NCBI GenBank assembly: GCA_015232565.1
Contig: JADFZK010000011.1
Span: 358-64,357, forward strand
Source: Candidatus Omnitrophota bacterium
GTDB lineage: Bacteria; Omnitrophota; Gorgyraeia; Zapsychrales; Fredricksoniimonadaceae
Direction: 5' to 3'
DNA length: 64,000 bases
In this document: positions 51,712-62,616 of the stretch, in pieces
How positions within the stretch are numbered: the first letter of the stretch is position 1
Layout of the letters: each line of letters starts with the position of its first letter
The notes under the pieces: generated by a model
The model's input: only the letters and a program-made list of their open reading frames with translations
Told to the model about the DNA's origin: nothing
Database searches by the model: none
Translations under genes and position numbers: made by a program

Positions 51712-54150
51712 TTATACTTTCCAGATCTCCCGGGCATATTCCCCAATGGTCCGGTCGCTGGAGAACGGCCCGGCCTTGGCCACATTAACGATCGCACGCC
51801 GGGTCCACTCTTCATGATCCTTGTAAAGCTCCGACACTTCGTCCTGGGCTTTGGAATACGCCTCAAAATCAGCGCACAACATGTAATAATCACCCCGGTA
51901 AATAGTGTCCAGCAAAGGCGCGAACAGGCCCTTTTGGCCGTTGGAGAACATATCACTTTCCAGGGCTCGGAACACTTCGCGTAAAGCCGGCGAGCGTTTG
52001 ATATATTCCCGCGGGTCATAACCGCCCTGGCGCAAGGCCAACACCTCATGCGCTTTCAAACCAAAAATAAATATGTTCTTCCCCTCCAGGCACTGCGCCA
52101 TTTCGATATTGGCCCCGTCGTAAGTACCGATCGTCAGCGCGCCGTTCAACATGAACTTCATGTTCCCGGTACCGGACGCTTCCATACCCGCGGTCGAGAT
52201 CTGTTCCGAAAGGTCGGCCGCCGGAATGATCTTCTCGGCCAGCGAAACCCGATAATTCTCCAGGAAAACCAGCCGGATCTTGTCGCGCACCGACTTGTCC
52301 TGCTCGATCGTGGCCGCCACGCTGTTAACAAAACGGATTATCAATTTAGCCAGAAAATATCCCGGCGCAGCCTTGCCGCCCACAATAAACGTCCGCGGCA
52401 TAATAAACTCGTAAGGCGCCGACTTGGCTTTCAAATATTGCGAAACGATGTACAGCGCAAAAAGAAACTGGCGCTTGTATTCATGTATGCGCTTGACCTG
52501 CACATCAAAAAGTGAATTCGGGTCGACCGGCACTTTCAGCGTGCGGGTAATGATCTCCGCCAAGGCGTTCTTGTTAACCTGCTTTATAGCCCGCCAGCGG
52601 CGACGGAATTCCTTGTTGTCTTTATGCTCTTCCAGCCTTTGCAGCAGATCCAGGTTGGTAACCCACTTGTCGCCGATGGTCTCGGTGATCAGGTCGGCCA
52701 GGCGCGGGTTGGCCTTCAACAGCCAGCGGCGCGGCGTTATGCCATTAGTCTTGTTATTGAACCGGCCCGGGAACATCTCGTTAAAATCCCGAAACAAAAC
52801 ACTCTGCAACAACTGCGAATGCAAGGCCGAAACCCCGTTCACCGAGAAACTGCCCACAATGGCCAGATACGCCATGCGCGCTTTCTTAGGGCTGCCTTCC
52901 TCAATGATCGACATCCGGCGTAACCGGTCCGCGTCGCCCGGGAATTTCCGCGCCACCTCGTCCAGGAACCGCCGGTTCACCTCATAAATTATATCCAAAT
53001 GCCGAGGCAAAACCTTCCCCAACAAATCCACAGTCCAGCACTCCAGGGCCTCGGGCATCAGAGTATGATTGGTATACGCAAAAGTCCGGGTGGTTATCTG
53101 CCAGGCCTCGTCCCAGCCCAGGCCTTCCTGGTCGATCAAAACCCGCATCAGTTCCACCACGGCCAAGGTCGGATGCGTATCGTTAAGCTGAATACAGGCC
53201 TTCTCATGGAACAAGCGGATATCATTATTATCGCCTTTATGCCGGCGGATAATGTCCGCGATCGAGGCGGCAGTGAAAAAATATTCCTGCTTGAGCCGCA
53301 GTTCCTTGCCCTGGCTCACATTGTCGTTAGGATACAAAACCTTGGAAATGCTTTCCGACTGGATCTTCTGATGGACCGCTTTTTCATAATCGCCGTGATT
53401 AAAAGAATCAAATTCGAACTCGTCCGTCGCCCGGGCCGACCACAAACGCAAAGTGTTCACCACGTCATTCTTGTAGCCGGGGATCGGGGTATCATAAGGC
53501 ACGGCCATTACCGCTTCGGCATCCACCCAGGAAGAACCGGTCCGGATGCTTTTATCGCTGCGGCCATAGAACTGCACTTTCACCGCATATTCCGGACGGG
53601 GGATCTCCCAGGGATTGCCATTGCGCATCCACTCGTCGGGGATCTCCAGCTGTTCACCATTCTTGATCTTCTGATTAAAAATACCGTAATCATAACGAAT
53701 CCCGTAACCGTGCCCGGCGATACCCAAAGTAGCCATTGAGTCCAGAAAACAAGCGGCCAGGCGGCCCAGCCCGCCATTACCCAGGCCGGCGTCCATCTCT
53801 TCATTACGAACGGCATCGAGATTAATATCCAGCTCCCGCAAAGCCGCTTCAATATCTTTCTCCTTGCCGAGATTGAACATGTAATTACCCAGCAAACGGC
53901 CGATCAAAAACTCCATGGAGAGATAATAAACCCGGCGGGTATTCTTTTCATGATAACGGCTTTGGGTATTCATCCAGCGCTCTACGATACGATGCCGGAC
54001 GGTTAAAGCCAGGGCATGGAAATTATCCAAAGTCGTTGCGGTCCTTTGGTTTTTGGCCAGATAATGCGCGCGAATATCCTGCAGGGAGAACTTGATGTCT
54101 TCTTTGCTCATGTCCACATTGATATCATACTTATCGGCAGGTAGCGACAT
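51712..54150 (-). CDS. glgP: Glycogen/alpha-glucan phosphorylase
   Basis: 812 aa. GLGNGGLGRLAACFLDS and the pyridoxal-phosphate Lys region. Confidence 0.95.
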   Translation of the reverse strand: MSLPADKYDINVDMSKEDIKFSLQDIRAHYLAKNQRTATTLDNFHALALTVRHRIVERWMNTQSRYHEKNTRRVYYLSMEFLIGRLLGNYMFNLGKEKDIEAALRELDINLDAVRNEEMDAGLGNGGLGRLAACFLDSMATLGIAGHGYGIRYDYGIFNQKIKNGEQLEIPDEWMRNGNPWEIPRPEYAVKVQFYGRSDKSIRTGSSWVDAEAVMAVPYDTPIPGYKNDVVNTLRLWSARATDEFEFDSFNHGDYEKAVHQKIQSESISKVLYPNDNVSQGKELRLKQEYFFTAASIADIIRRHKGDNNDIRLFHEKACIQLNDTHPTLAVVELMRVLIDQEGLGWDEAWQITTRTFAYTNHTLMPEALECWTVDLLGKVLPRHLDIIYEVNRRFLDEVARKFPGDADRLRRMSIIEEGSPKKARMAYLAIVGSFSVNGVSALHSQLLQSVLFRDFNEMFPGRFNNKTNGITPRRWLLKANPRLADLITETIGDKWVTNLDLLQRLEEHKDNKEFRRRWRAIKQVNKNALAEIITRTLKVPVDPNSLFDVQVKRIHEYKRQFLFALYIVSQYLKAKSAPYEFIMPRTFIVGGKAAPGYFLAKLIIRFVNSVAATIEQDKSVRDKIRLVFLENYRVSLAEKIIPAADLSEQISTAGMEASGTGNMKFMLNGALTIGTYDGANIEMAQCLEGKNIFIFGLKAHEVLALRQGGYDPREYIKRSPALREVFRALESDMFSNGQKGLFAPLLDTIYRGDYYMLCADFEAYSKAQDEVSELYKDHEEWTRRAIVNVAKAGPFSSDRTIGEYAREIWKV

Positions 54151-54318
54151 AAGGCTCCTTTATTAAGTCTGTTCAATAAACCGTTGCACAAAAAGAAGTT
54201 ACATCTCAAGTTTTTAGATTATATCTGGCCCGGCCATTGCGTCAACAAAATTCTGCGAGCCTGAACAAAAAATGCCAAGGGAAAGCAGTTTTAGCGGTTA
54301 CGAACGTGCTAATAACAC

Positions 54319-55803
54319 CTAAACTTCTGCGCCAATTGGGCTTTGCGCCCACTCGCGGGAGAAACGACACCGCCAGGACAAAACACTCACATAACCAAAA
54401 CCCACCGCGAAGAGCATCATTATAAAGGCATTCCCTTTGTAATGATGATGGTATGCGTACATGGCACTTAAAAGAAAATATAATGTCAGCAGCATCTCGC
54501 TAGCCAGCAAACCTGCCGACCTTAACGATATAGGCTCCAGGCGTATACGTGTTTTCTCCCGGGCCTGTGTCCCGGCCTTAGGCGTCCGCACAAAAACTGC
54601 CGGCTTACCGCCCAACCCCTTGAAGGCCGCCACCGACAAATGCGCCGAAAGCCCCATCGGCACCACGACCGCCGCCGCCACTGAAAAAACCTGCCGCCAG
54701 GCTCCGCAGCCATGCCGCACAAATTGCCCGAACAGGTGGTACAAGAACGCCACCGAACTTAAGCACAGAAAAACAAAAATATCCCAGGCGCTGTCCTGGC
54801 CGGGTGAAAGCCAGCGCCAGAATATCGACGGCAAAACAAAAACCGCCGCAAACAGCCCCAAAGGATAAACCACGCTGTTGGTTAAATGCAAAAAACATTC
54901 CAGTTTTACTTTAAGCGGTAAACTGCTGGTCAGGACCGGCGCCAGGACTTTACACGCCACCTGCACCGTCCCGCGCGTCCAGCGTTCCTGCTGTTTCTTG
55001 AACACCTGCATATCCGCCGGCAATTCGGCATCGGCCAGGATCTCGTCCACATACACAAACCGCCAGCCTTTCAGCTGGGCGCGATAACTCAGGTCCAGGT
55101 CCTCGGCCAGGGTATCACCCTGCCAGCCGCCGGCATCATTAATAGCCTCCCGGCGCCAGATCCCGCAGGTCCCGTTAAAATTAAAAAACCGCCCGCCCGC
55201 CGAGCGCGCCCGCTGGTCGACCGCAAAATGACTGACCGTCAACACCTCCTGCAAACGGGTCAGCAAAGACGCGCCGCAATTCAAATGCGCCCACGTCGCC
55301 TGTACCACGCCGGCCCGGGGGTCGGCGAAATACGGTACCAGTTTCTTAAGAAATTCCCGCCGGGGAATAAAATCAGCATCAAAAATAGCCACAAACTCGC
55401 CACGCGCCGACTTAAGCCCTTCATGCAAAGCCCCGGCCTTAAAGCCCGACCGGTCCACCCGATGATAATGCGTTATATTAAAACCCCGCTCCCGGGCCTC
55501 AGCGGCCAGGCGGGCGGCTATCGCGGTAGTCTCATCGGTAGAATCATCCAGCAACTGAAACTCCACCCGATCCTGGGGATAATCCAGAGCCAGCGCACCG
55601 TTAACCAGACGGGAAACCACCGCCGCTTCATTAAAAAATGGCAGTTGCACCGTTACCAGCGGCCAGGTCACCGGCAAAGCCGCATAGCTTTTACGCCGGA
55701 CATTCTTGATCCATAAATATACCAGCCCATAACGATGCAGCGCATAGACCGTTAAAAGGATCATCAATACCGTATAAACGGGCCAAAAGAAATACATCAA
55801 CAT
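54319..55803 (-). CDS. Membrane GT2 processive beta-glycosyltransferase (cellulose/hyaluronan-synthase-like; D,D,D,QxxRW)
   Basis: LDDSTDETT, FDADF and QQERWTRG motifs; TM helices on both sides. The ORF-track start overlaps ilvD, so an internal Met is used. Confidence 0.75.
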   Translation of the reverse strand: MLMYFFWPVYTVLMILLTVYALHRYGLVYLWIKNVRRKSYAALPVTWPLVTVQLPFFNEAAVVSRLVNGALALDYPQDRVEFQLLDDSTDETTAIAARLAAEARERGFNITHYHRVDRSGFKAGALHEGLKSARGEFVAIFDADFIPRREFLKKLVPYFADPRAGVVQATWAHLNCGASLLTRLQEVLTVSHFAVDQRARSAGGRFFNFNGTCGIWRREAINDAGGWQGDTLAEDLDLSYRAQLKGWRFVYVDEILADAELPADMQVFKKQQERWTRGTVQVACKVLAPVLTSSLPLKVKLECFLHLTNSVVYPLGLFAAVFVLPSIFWRWLSPGQDSAWDIFVFLCLSSVAFLYHLFGQFVRHGCGAWRQVFSVAAAVVVPMGLSAHLSVAAFKGLGGKPAVFVRTPKAGTQAREKTRIRLEPISLRSAGLLASEMLLTLYFLLSAMYAYHHHYKGNAFIMMLFAVGFGYVSVLSWRCRFSREWAQSPIGAEV

Positions 55804-55813
55804 AATTACCTTA

Positions 55814-57466
55814 TTATTTAAGTATGGCGCCGGTAGAAGCCGACGTGACCATCCGGGCATAACGCCCCAGATATCCGCCAACCTCTTTGGGAGGCAATAA
55901 TCGGGTGTTTTTCCGCCGTGATCTTATTTCCGCGGCTGTCAGCCGGACCTGGATGGTTTTACCAGGAATATCAATATCAATAATGTCCCCATTGCGTACA
56001 TAAGCGATCAATCCACCCGCCGCCGCCTCTGGTGAAATATGGCCAATACATGGGCCGCGCGTGCCGCCCGAAAACCGGCCGTCGGTTATTAACGCCACAT
56101 GCTTGTGTAACCCCATGCCCACAATAGCCGAGGTGGGCGAAAGCATTTCCCGCATGCCCGGGCCGCCGGCCGGGCCTTCATAACGGATCACCACAACCAT
56201 ACCTTTGGTTATCTTGCCCGCCAGGATGGCCGCCATGGCCTCCTCTTCCGAATTAAATACCCGCGCCTTGCCGCTGAACTTAAGCATCTCGGGCTCAACT
56301 GCCGCCTGTTTCACTACACAGCCCTCTTCGGCGAGGTTGCCGTGTAAAACCGCTATCCCGCCCTGCGCATGCTCGGGTGCGTTAGCCGGCTTGATCACTT
56401 CGGGATCGATCAATTTGACCGCGCGCATTATAGCCCGGGTCGAAACCCCGGAAACCGTCGGCAGGTCATGAATATCTTTGGCCAGCATCCTCATTACCGC
56501 CGGAATACCTCCCGCGTAATGCAGGTCCTCCATATACCATTTTCCCGCCGGATTCATACTGCACAGATGCGGCGTGGTCCGGCTGAGCCGGTCGAAAGTA
56601 TCCAAAGTCAGCGGCACTCCGGCCTCACGTGCAATAGCCATCAGATGCAAAACCGTGTTGGACGACCCGCCCAAAGCCATATCCACCCGCACTGCATTTT
56701 CCAGCGCTTTAAGAGTTACAATATCCCGCGGGCAGATCTTTTCCTTAACCATGCCCACCACCCGCTGGCCGCTTTCATAAGCCAGGCGCTGTTTGGCGCT
56801 TAATACCGCCATAGTAGTGGCACACATCGGCAAGGACAAGCCCAGCGCTTCCGCCAGGCACGCCATCGTATTGGCCGTATACATCCCCTGGCAGGAGCCG
56901 CAGGTTGGACAAGCTTCGGTCTCCAATGTCAGCCGCTCGTCCTCCTTCAGGTCGCCAGCCTTAAACCTGCCCACCGCTTCAAAAGTATCGGTTATCAAAT
57001 TAAGGCGGCGTTTATTATGCCGTCCCGTCAACATAGGCCCGGCGGTAACCACCACTGCCGGCACATTCACCCTCAGCGAACCCATTATCATGCCGGGAGT
57101 TATCTTGTCACAATTGGTCAACAGTACCAACCCGTCGAAAGCATTGGCGCCGGCGATACATTCAATAATATCCGCGATCAGTTCGCGGGAAGGGAGAGAA
57201 TTCTGCATGCCCTTATGGCCCATGGCAATGCCGTCACAAATACCCGGGACTCCGAAAATAAACGGCGTGCCGCCGGCATTCTCAATGCCCCGCTCTATCG
57301 ACCTCTCCAGGGTGCGCATCTGGGTATGCCCGGGGATAATATCCGTAAAAGACGAAGCGATCCCGATGAACGGCCGGTCCATATGCGAACGATGCAAACC
57401 CGTAGCGTACAACAAAGCCCGATTCGGCATCCGTTCCAGGCCTTTTTTTATATTATCTGATCTCAT
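55814..57466 (-). CDS. ilvD: Dihydroxy-acid dehydratase
   Basis: 550 aa; the catalytic region is read in the overlapping ORF; ILVD/EDD family. Confidence 0.95.
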   Translation of the reverse strand: MRSDNIKKGLERMPNRALLYATGLHRSHMDRPFIGIASSFTDIIPGHTQMRTLERSIERGIENAGGTPFIFGVPGICDGIAMGHKGMQNSLPSRELIADIIECIAGANAFDGLVLLTNCDKITPGMIMGSLRVNVPAVVVTAGPMLTGRHNKRRLNLITDTFEAVGRFKAGDLKEDERLTLETEACPTCGSCQGMYTANTMACLAEALGLSLPMCATTMAVLSAKQRLAYESGQRVVGMVKEKICPRDIVTLKALENAVRVDMALGGSSNTVLHLMAIAREAGVPLTLDTFDRLSRTTPHLCSMNPAGKWYMEDLHYAGGIPAVMRMLAKDIHDLPTVSGVSTRAIMRAVKLIDPEVIKPANAPEHAQGGIAVLHGNLAEEGCVVKQAAVEPEMLKFSGKARVFNSEEEAMAAILAGKITKGMVVVIRYEGPAGGPGMREMLSPTSAIVGMGLHKHVALITDGRFSGGTRGPCIGHISPEAAAGGLIAYVRNGDIIDIDIPGKTIQVRLTAAEIRSRRKNTRLLPPKEVGGYLGRYARMVTSASTGAILK

Positions 57467-57501
57467 GGCTTTTCTCTGATGGCTTATGTTACTTAAAAGT
57501 T

Positions 57502-57861
57502 TTATTTCCCGCTTTCACTTTGATCCAGGAATAGCGTCTGCCCTACAATTATACCGGTGCTGGCAATAGTGCCCACCGGCAATTCTATGGCTGTTGCCGC
57601 TCGCCAGAATATCGGGCTGAGCTGAAACGGCCGGATCCCGCGAACCAGCCCGACCACACACCAGGACCGGTCCACAAACACCACGTCGAGCGCAAAACGC
57701 ATAAAGAACATGTGAATCGAATTACACCGCGTTATAACCAACGCTTCCCCCGGCTCCAGGCTGGTGCGGCCCAGCAGGCCCTTAAGCCTGGCCAGAAAAG
57801 TATCTGCCAGCCCGGCCTTGACAGCTACCATTCTCTGGGTGGAAATATTCGCGATGGTCAA
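57502..57861 (-). CDS. DUF192 (COG1430) domain protein
   Basis: 119 aa. ...[23 protein letters not shown]... matches the DUF192 core. Confidence 0.7.
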   Translation of the reverse strand: MTIANISTQRMVAVKAGLADTFLARLKGLLGRTSLEPGEALVITRCNSIHMFFMRFALDVVFVDRSWCVVGLVRGIRPFQLSPIFWRAATAIELPVGTIASTGIIVGQTLFLDQSESGK

Positions 57862-57879
57862 AGCTTTCGTCCGGGTTTA

Positions 57880-60054
57880 TTATGACGGGCAGACCTTGCT
57901 GGAATCAAAAATATCCGCGCTAAGGGTGAGCCCCCTCTTGATAAAACCGTCAAAACATACCGGCACATAACCGGTGGGCGCAAATTCGCCAATAATGCGG
58001 CCATTACGATCGGTGCTCTGGTGATTAAAAACAAAGATGTCCTTCAGTTCCGGCAAGCCGTCCACCATCCGGCCGGTCAATTCCGTTATCCCGGTTATTT
58101 TCCGGGTGCCATCCGAAAATCTGGCCACATGCACCACAATATGGATAGCGGAAGCCACCATTTCATAAACCGCGCGCAGGGGGAGTTCAATACCGCTTAA
58201 AAGAAAAAGGGAGTTAAGGCGGATGATCGCGTCCCGGGTAGAATTGGCGTGCACAGTGGTCAACGAACCGTCATGGCCGGTATTCATGGCCTGCAACATG
58301 TCGATAACCTCGGGGCCGCGGCACTCACCGATAATGATCCGGTCCGGGCGCATACGCATGGTGTTCACAAAAAGATCGCGGATGGTTATAGCGCCCTTGC
58401 CTTCCACGTTCGAGGAACGCGACTCCAGGCGGGCCCAGTGGCTTTTATTAAGCTTCAGCTCGGCGGCATCCTCAATGGTAATAATACGTTCGGTATCCGG
58501 AATATATTCGGAAATAATATTAAGCAAGGTGGTCTTGCCCGAACCCGTACCCCCGGAAACCAGAATATTCTTGCGCGCCATGACCGCGGTCTGGATAAAA
58601 TCGGCCATCGGCTGGGAAAGGCTGTGGAAACGATTGATCAGGTCATCCGAAGTATAACGTTCGCGCGAAAATTTACGAATGGTTATCATCGGCCCGCGCA
58701 AGGACAGGGGCGGAATAATAGCGTTGATACGCGAACCGTCGGGCAGGCGCGCGTCAACCATCGGCACCGATTCATCGATACGCCGGCCCAGCGGCGCAAT
58801 AATACGGTCGATTATCAGCCGCACCTGCTGGTCCGACATAAACTTGCGATTAGTGTGTATTATCTTGCCGCTCTTCTCGACATAGATCTCGTCCTTGTTA
58901 TTAACCATGATATCGGTAATATCGGCGTCGGCCAAAAACTCTTCCAGCGGACCCAGGCCCAGGGCTTCATTCAGGATATCCTGCACCAGCCGGGCGCGTT
59001 CTTCATGGGACGAAAGTATCGAGCCGGACTCCTCGGCAATAATATCCGCTATAATACGCTGGGCCTCTTTTTTAATTACCGCCGACTGCTCGGGATCGGC
59101 CAACTGTTCAGGCGTGGCCTTCAAATTCATCCGGTCGATCAGTTTGCCATGCACGCGCCGCTTGAACTGGTCGACCTGGTCATCTTCTTTCTTGGAGACC
59201 ACCTGCAACTGGTTAACATTGCCCGCCCGGGTAATGCCAAACCTTTCCCAAAAATTATCGCCTTTTTTCTCGTCGGTAGTAGCCCGGACGCGGTACACCT
59301 CGGAGGTCAGGACATACAGGCTCTCGTGCTCCAGCTGTTCAGCCATGTCAATAAAAGCCTGGGCCACCTTGGAGCGCGGAGAATCCATCACGCAGGGGAT
59401 CCCGCGATTCAGGGCCACGCCCACCACCTTGCCATCCGAAGGAATACGAGCCAGGATATCCAGGCCGAGCGCGGCTTTCACTTCCTGCCAGGCCACCCCG
59501 CCATGGCTTTCCGAACGATTCAAAACCAACTTTACCATCTTGAGCGGGAAATGCTGGCTTTGCAAAACCTCAATGCCCCACTTGAGCTGGTACACCGCCA
59601 GAATATCCGGCGTGGCTATAAGCAAAATAAGATTGGAAATATCCAGCACCGAAAGCAAGACCTCCGAAAAAGCCTTGCCCACATCCACGATCACATAATC
59701 GTATTGGTTGGAGATCTTCTTAAAGAATATCTTGGTATTATCGGGGGTTATCTGACCGGCCTGGCGGACAGTCGTGACTGCCGGAATAAAATCAATACCG
59801 GAAGAATGCCGGGTGACAAAATTCTTTATAACCGAGGGATCCACTACCCGTTCCAGCTCGGGGAGGGCATCAATTACAGAATGCCGCGGAGCCAGATTCA
59901 GCATCCGGGCCATGTCCTGGCCCGACTGAAAATCATAATCCACCAGCAAAACCTTGTGCCCGGCCATCACCAAAGCGGTGGCAGTATTTACACAGGAAAA
60001 GGTCTTGCCAACGCCGCCTTTATTGCTAAAAACTGTAATTATTCGAGCGATCAT
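57880..60054 (-). CDS. Fused Tad-type pilus assembly proteins: N-terminal CpaE/TadZ-like ParA/MinD ATPase plus C-terminal CpaF/TadA secretion ATPase
   Basis: N-terminal SNKGGVGKTF (deviant Walker A); C-terminal LVSGGTGSGKTT, EDAAEL and IIGECRG (TadA boxes). A single 724-aa ORF. Confidence 0.85.
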   Translation of the reverse strand: MIARIITVFSNKGGVGKTFSCVNTATALVMAGHKVLLVDYDFQSGQDMARMLNLAPRHSVIDALPELERVVDPSVIKNFVTRHSSGIDFIPAVTTVRQAGQITPDNTKIFFKKISNQYDYVIVDVGKAFSEVLLSVLDISNLILLIATPDILAVYQLKWGIEVLQSQHFPLKMVKLVLNRSESHGGVAWQEVKAALGLDILARIPSDGKVVGVALNRGIPCVMDSPRSKVAQAFIDMAEQLEHESLYVLTSEVYRVRATTDEKKGDNFWERFGITRAGNVNQLQVVSKKEDDQVDQFKRRVHGKLIDRMNLKATPEQLADPEQSAVIKKEAQRIIADIIAEESGSILSSHEERARLVQDILNEALGLGPLEEFLADADITDIMVNNKDEIYVEKSGKIIHTNRKFMSDQQVRLIIDRIIAPLGRRIDESVPMVDARLPDGSRINAIIPPLSLRGPMITIRKFSRERYTSDDLINRFHSLSQPMADFIQTAVMARKNILVSGGTGSGKTTLLNIISEYIPDTERIITIEDAAELKLNKSHWARLESRSSNVEGKGAITIRDLFVNTMRMRPDRIIIGECRGPEVIDMLQAMNTGHDGSLTTVHANSTRDAIIRLNSLFLLSGIELPLRAVYEMVASAIHIVVHVARFSDGTRKITGITELTGRMVDGLPELKDIFVFNHQSTDRNGRIIGEFAPTGYVPVCFDGFIKRGLTLSADIFDSSKVCPS

Positions 60055-60073
60055 GCTCTCTTATCTATCATAG

Positions 60074-61747
60074 TTACTTACGTTTGGCAACATTTTTCAA
60101 AAAAGCATCGAGGCTGTAAACGATAGGAAGCGTTACAGTTATCTCATCTTGCGCCAGGCCGGCAGGAAAAGCGCTGTACGGCGCAAGGATCTGGGCTGTA
60201 TTAACGGCGTCCTGGTCAAAAACATCGTAACCGGAACTTTCTTTTACAAAAACATCGCGCAAACTGCCATCCTTGCGGATCACCAAAGCCAGCTTCACGG
60301 TACCCTGCCAGCGATTCTCCTGGGCTTCGTAAGGATAAGCGATCGAAGCCGAAACCTTCTGCTGAACGGCTTCAGCATACGGCTTGAGTTCCGGCGCTAT
60401 AGTGACCGGCACTTCCGCCGCGTTCTTGGCGATCACCGGTAATTTCACATCATTCCGCCCGGCCGCCATAGTGATCTGGTCATCGGGCTTTACTACCGGA
60501 AGATTGTCGTTCTTGACCACCGGCTCAATTTTAATTTCTTCCTCTTTAACCAAGGCTTTAATGATCGTTGGAGTAATAGAAATTACTACTTCCGTTTCGC
60601 TGGTAGGTGTTTTCGTATTACGGAAAAGTGCGCCCACCAACGGAATTTTGCTCATTAAAGGCACTCGGTTAACCGTCTGGCTGTCACGCTTGTCTATTAA
60701 ACCCGCCAGCACTATGGTTTGCTTATCATCCAGAAAAAGCTGGGTTTGCGCAGTCCGCGTGGTAAAAGCAACATCACCATTTGCTCCAGTGCGGCCTTCA
60801 TCAATGCCGCTGATCTCAACATTCAACAAAAGATCAACCTTACCCTTCTTAATAGATGGCGTTGCCCCCATGCTGATACCATAAGACTTGAATGAAACAC
60901 TGGTTTGTGTAGTCTGGGAACTGACGGATGAAGTGGTTGTGGATATCGGTATTTCCCCGCCCACCAAAAAAGTGGCTTCTTTGCCGCTCTTAACAACCAA
61001 CCGCGGCTTTGAAAGAACGTGGCCCTTGCCCTCTGTGATTAAAGCATTGATAGCCGCCAGCAATGCCGTTGTACGATTAAAATCTCCGATCGTAAATAAA
61101 TCTTTAACCTTACCGGTTGCCGTCGGCAAAGTTTCGCTAACACTTAAGGAATCATTCCATTTTACACCCAACAGTTTACTCAACGACGAAGACAACTCGG
61201 TGATCTGCATATCCAGCTGGATCATGTCCTCAATGTCTTCTTTTTTAACCAGGTTCAGCACACTACCCGGAAAAGAATCCGCCACTGAATTAACGTTAGC
61301 CATCTTATCTTCCGGCACAACCCCGGTCAGCATAACCTTGCCTTCCAGGTCGTTTTGTTCGACCTTGACACCAGTAACCAGTGAAGCATCCAACAACGTC
61401 TGAATACGGGCTTTAACCAGGCCCAGATCATCGGTAATAACCCGGATTATAAATGAACGCTTCCCGCTCTCATCCCACAGAAACAACACCGTCTGCCCGG
61501 CCTGCTGGCCCACCACCACCACTTGCCCGGGCTGGGCATCCGTAATATCGGCCACGGCCGGATCGGTCACCGAAACCCGCTGTAAACCTTTTGCGGCGAT
61601 CGTATACACATCACCTTTAAGTATCTGGACCTCTTCGAAAGCCCCGACAGCCGCCAACGCGATGTGGGCCGGCGACATCAGCAAACAAACCGCCAGCAAC
61701 AAACTCAAGCTTTTCTTCATAGTCCCCACCATTAGGTTAATGTTCAT
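60074..61747 (-). CDS. cpaC: Secretin (CpaC/RcpA-like) with a C-terminal TonB_C-like domain
   Basis: Secretin core ...VNRVPLMSKIPLVGALFRN.... The C-terminal ~90 aa read AYPYEAQENRWQGTVKLALVIRKDGSLRDVFVKESSGYDVFDQDAVNTA..., matching the TonB C-terminal domain pattern. Confidence 0.8.
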   Translation of the reverse strand: MNINLMVGTMKKSLSLLLAVCLLMSPAHIALAAVGAFEEVQILKGDVYTIAAKGLQRVSVTDPAVADITDAQPGQVVVVGQQAGQTVLFLWDESGKRSFIIRVITDDLGLVKARIQTLLDASLVTGVKVEQNDLEGKVMLTGVVPEDKMANVNSVADSFPGSVLNLVKKEDIEDMIQLDMQITELSSSLSKLLGVKWNDSLSVSETLPTATGKVKDLFTIGDFNRTTALLAAINALITEGKGHVLSKPRLVVKSGKEATFLVGGEIPISTTTSSVSSQTTQTSVSFKSYGISMGATPSIKKGKVDLLLNVEISGIDEGRTGANGDVAFTTRTAQTQLFLDDKQTIVLAGLIDKRDSQTVNRVPLMSKIPLVGALFRNTKTPTSETEVVISITPTIIKALVKEEEIKIEPVVKNDNLPVVKPDDQITMAAGRNDVKLPVIAKNAAEVPVTIAPELKPYAEAVQQKVSASIAYPYEAQENRWQGTVKLALVIRKDGSLRDVFVKESSGYDVFDQDAVNTAQILAPYSAFPAGLAQDEITVTLPIVYSLDAFLKNVAKRK

Positions 61748-61750
61748 CGA

Positions 61751-62614
61751 TCAAAGCTCCCTTCCACCGCGGTATATCTGAATATACGGCTTGGCATCCA
61801 CGGCGCTCTCGGTCTCCACGCTCAGCTCGGCTTTTCTGGCTACCGGCTCTTCAGTCTGCAACTTGATATCCGCGCCGCTGTTCTCCAGCACATACTCACC
61901 CAGCGTAGACCAGTTGGCGGTGGGTATCATCGGCCGGCCTTTTTCGGTCGGCGTACGCAAAGCCAGTTCCAGCTTTCCGTTCAGGTCGGCAAAAGCCAGC
62001 AAGCCGGCTTCCTGCGGATCGACCGCAAAGGTAACTTTTAAGGCTTTTTCTTTTTGCTGGAATTCATAAGCACCGGGCTCGTCAATATTCGTATTGATGG
62101 CCAGCACCTGCAGGCCCTGAAAGATCATGGCCGTAACTTTTTCCTTTGGATCGAGCTTTTTTCCCGTGGGCATATCCAAATGGGCAATAACGTCCACGAA
62201 ATCGCCAGGGTTAAGCAGTCCGCCTACCGCGCCCAAAGATTGCAGTTCCACCGTAAGAGCGCGCTTGCCCGCCGGAGTACGTAAGGCGAGCGAAGGCTTC
62301 TTTTTGGGGGCTTCCGCGGCCGCTGTTGTAACGGCGGCTTTTTGTGAGGCCGCCATTTTTACCGCTTCCTGCGCGGCTTTATTGGCACTGGCCTGCACTT
62401 CCACTATCTTCTGGTTAAGGCTCGCGATGTCCTGCTGATACTGTGCCTTGTTCTCTTCCTGCGCTTTCTGGTACTGATTGGCCAGCTTGGTAGTCCCCTC
62501 ATTCACCATCGAGGTTACCACATTGCCAACCAGGACCGAGGCCACTACCCCGGCCGCTATCGCTACCGCGATAAAAGTGAACTGCACTTTGTTCCCTGCG
62601 TTAAATAAGGCCAT
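61751..62614 (-). CDS. cpaB: Flp pilus assembly protein CpaB/RcpC (SAF domain)
   Basis: N-terminal TM, ...RTPAGKRALTVELQSLGAVGGLLNPGDFVDVIAH... Confidence 0.8.
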   Translation of the reverse strand: MALFNAGNKVQFTFIAVAIAAGVVASVLVGNVVTSMVNEGTTKLANQYQKAQEENKAQYQQDIASLNQKIVEVQASANKAAQEAVKMAASQKAAVTTAAAEAPKKKPSLALRTPAGKRALTVELQSLGAVGGLLNPGDFVDVIAHLDMPTGKKLDPKEKVTAMIFQGLQVLAINTNIDEPGAYEFQQKEKALKVTFAVDPQEAGLLAFADLNGKLELALRTPTEKGRPMIPTANWSTLGEYVLENSGADIKLQTEEPVARKAELSVETESAVDAKPYIQIYRGGREL

Positions 62615-62616
62615 AA

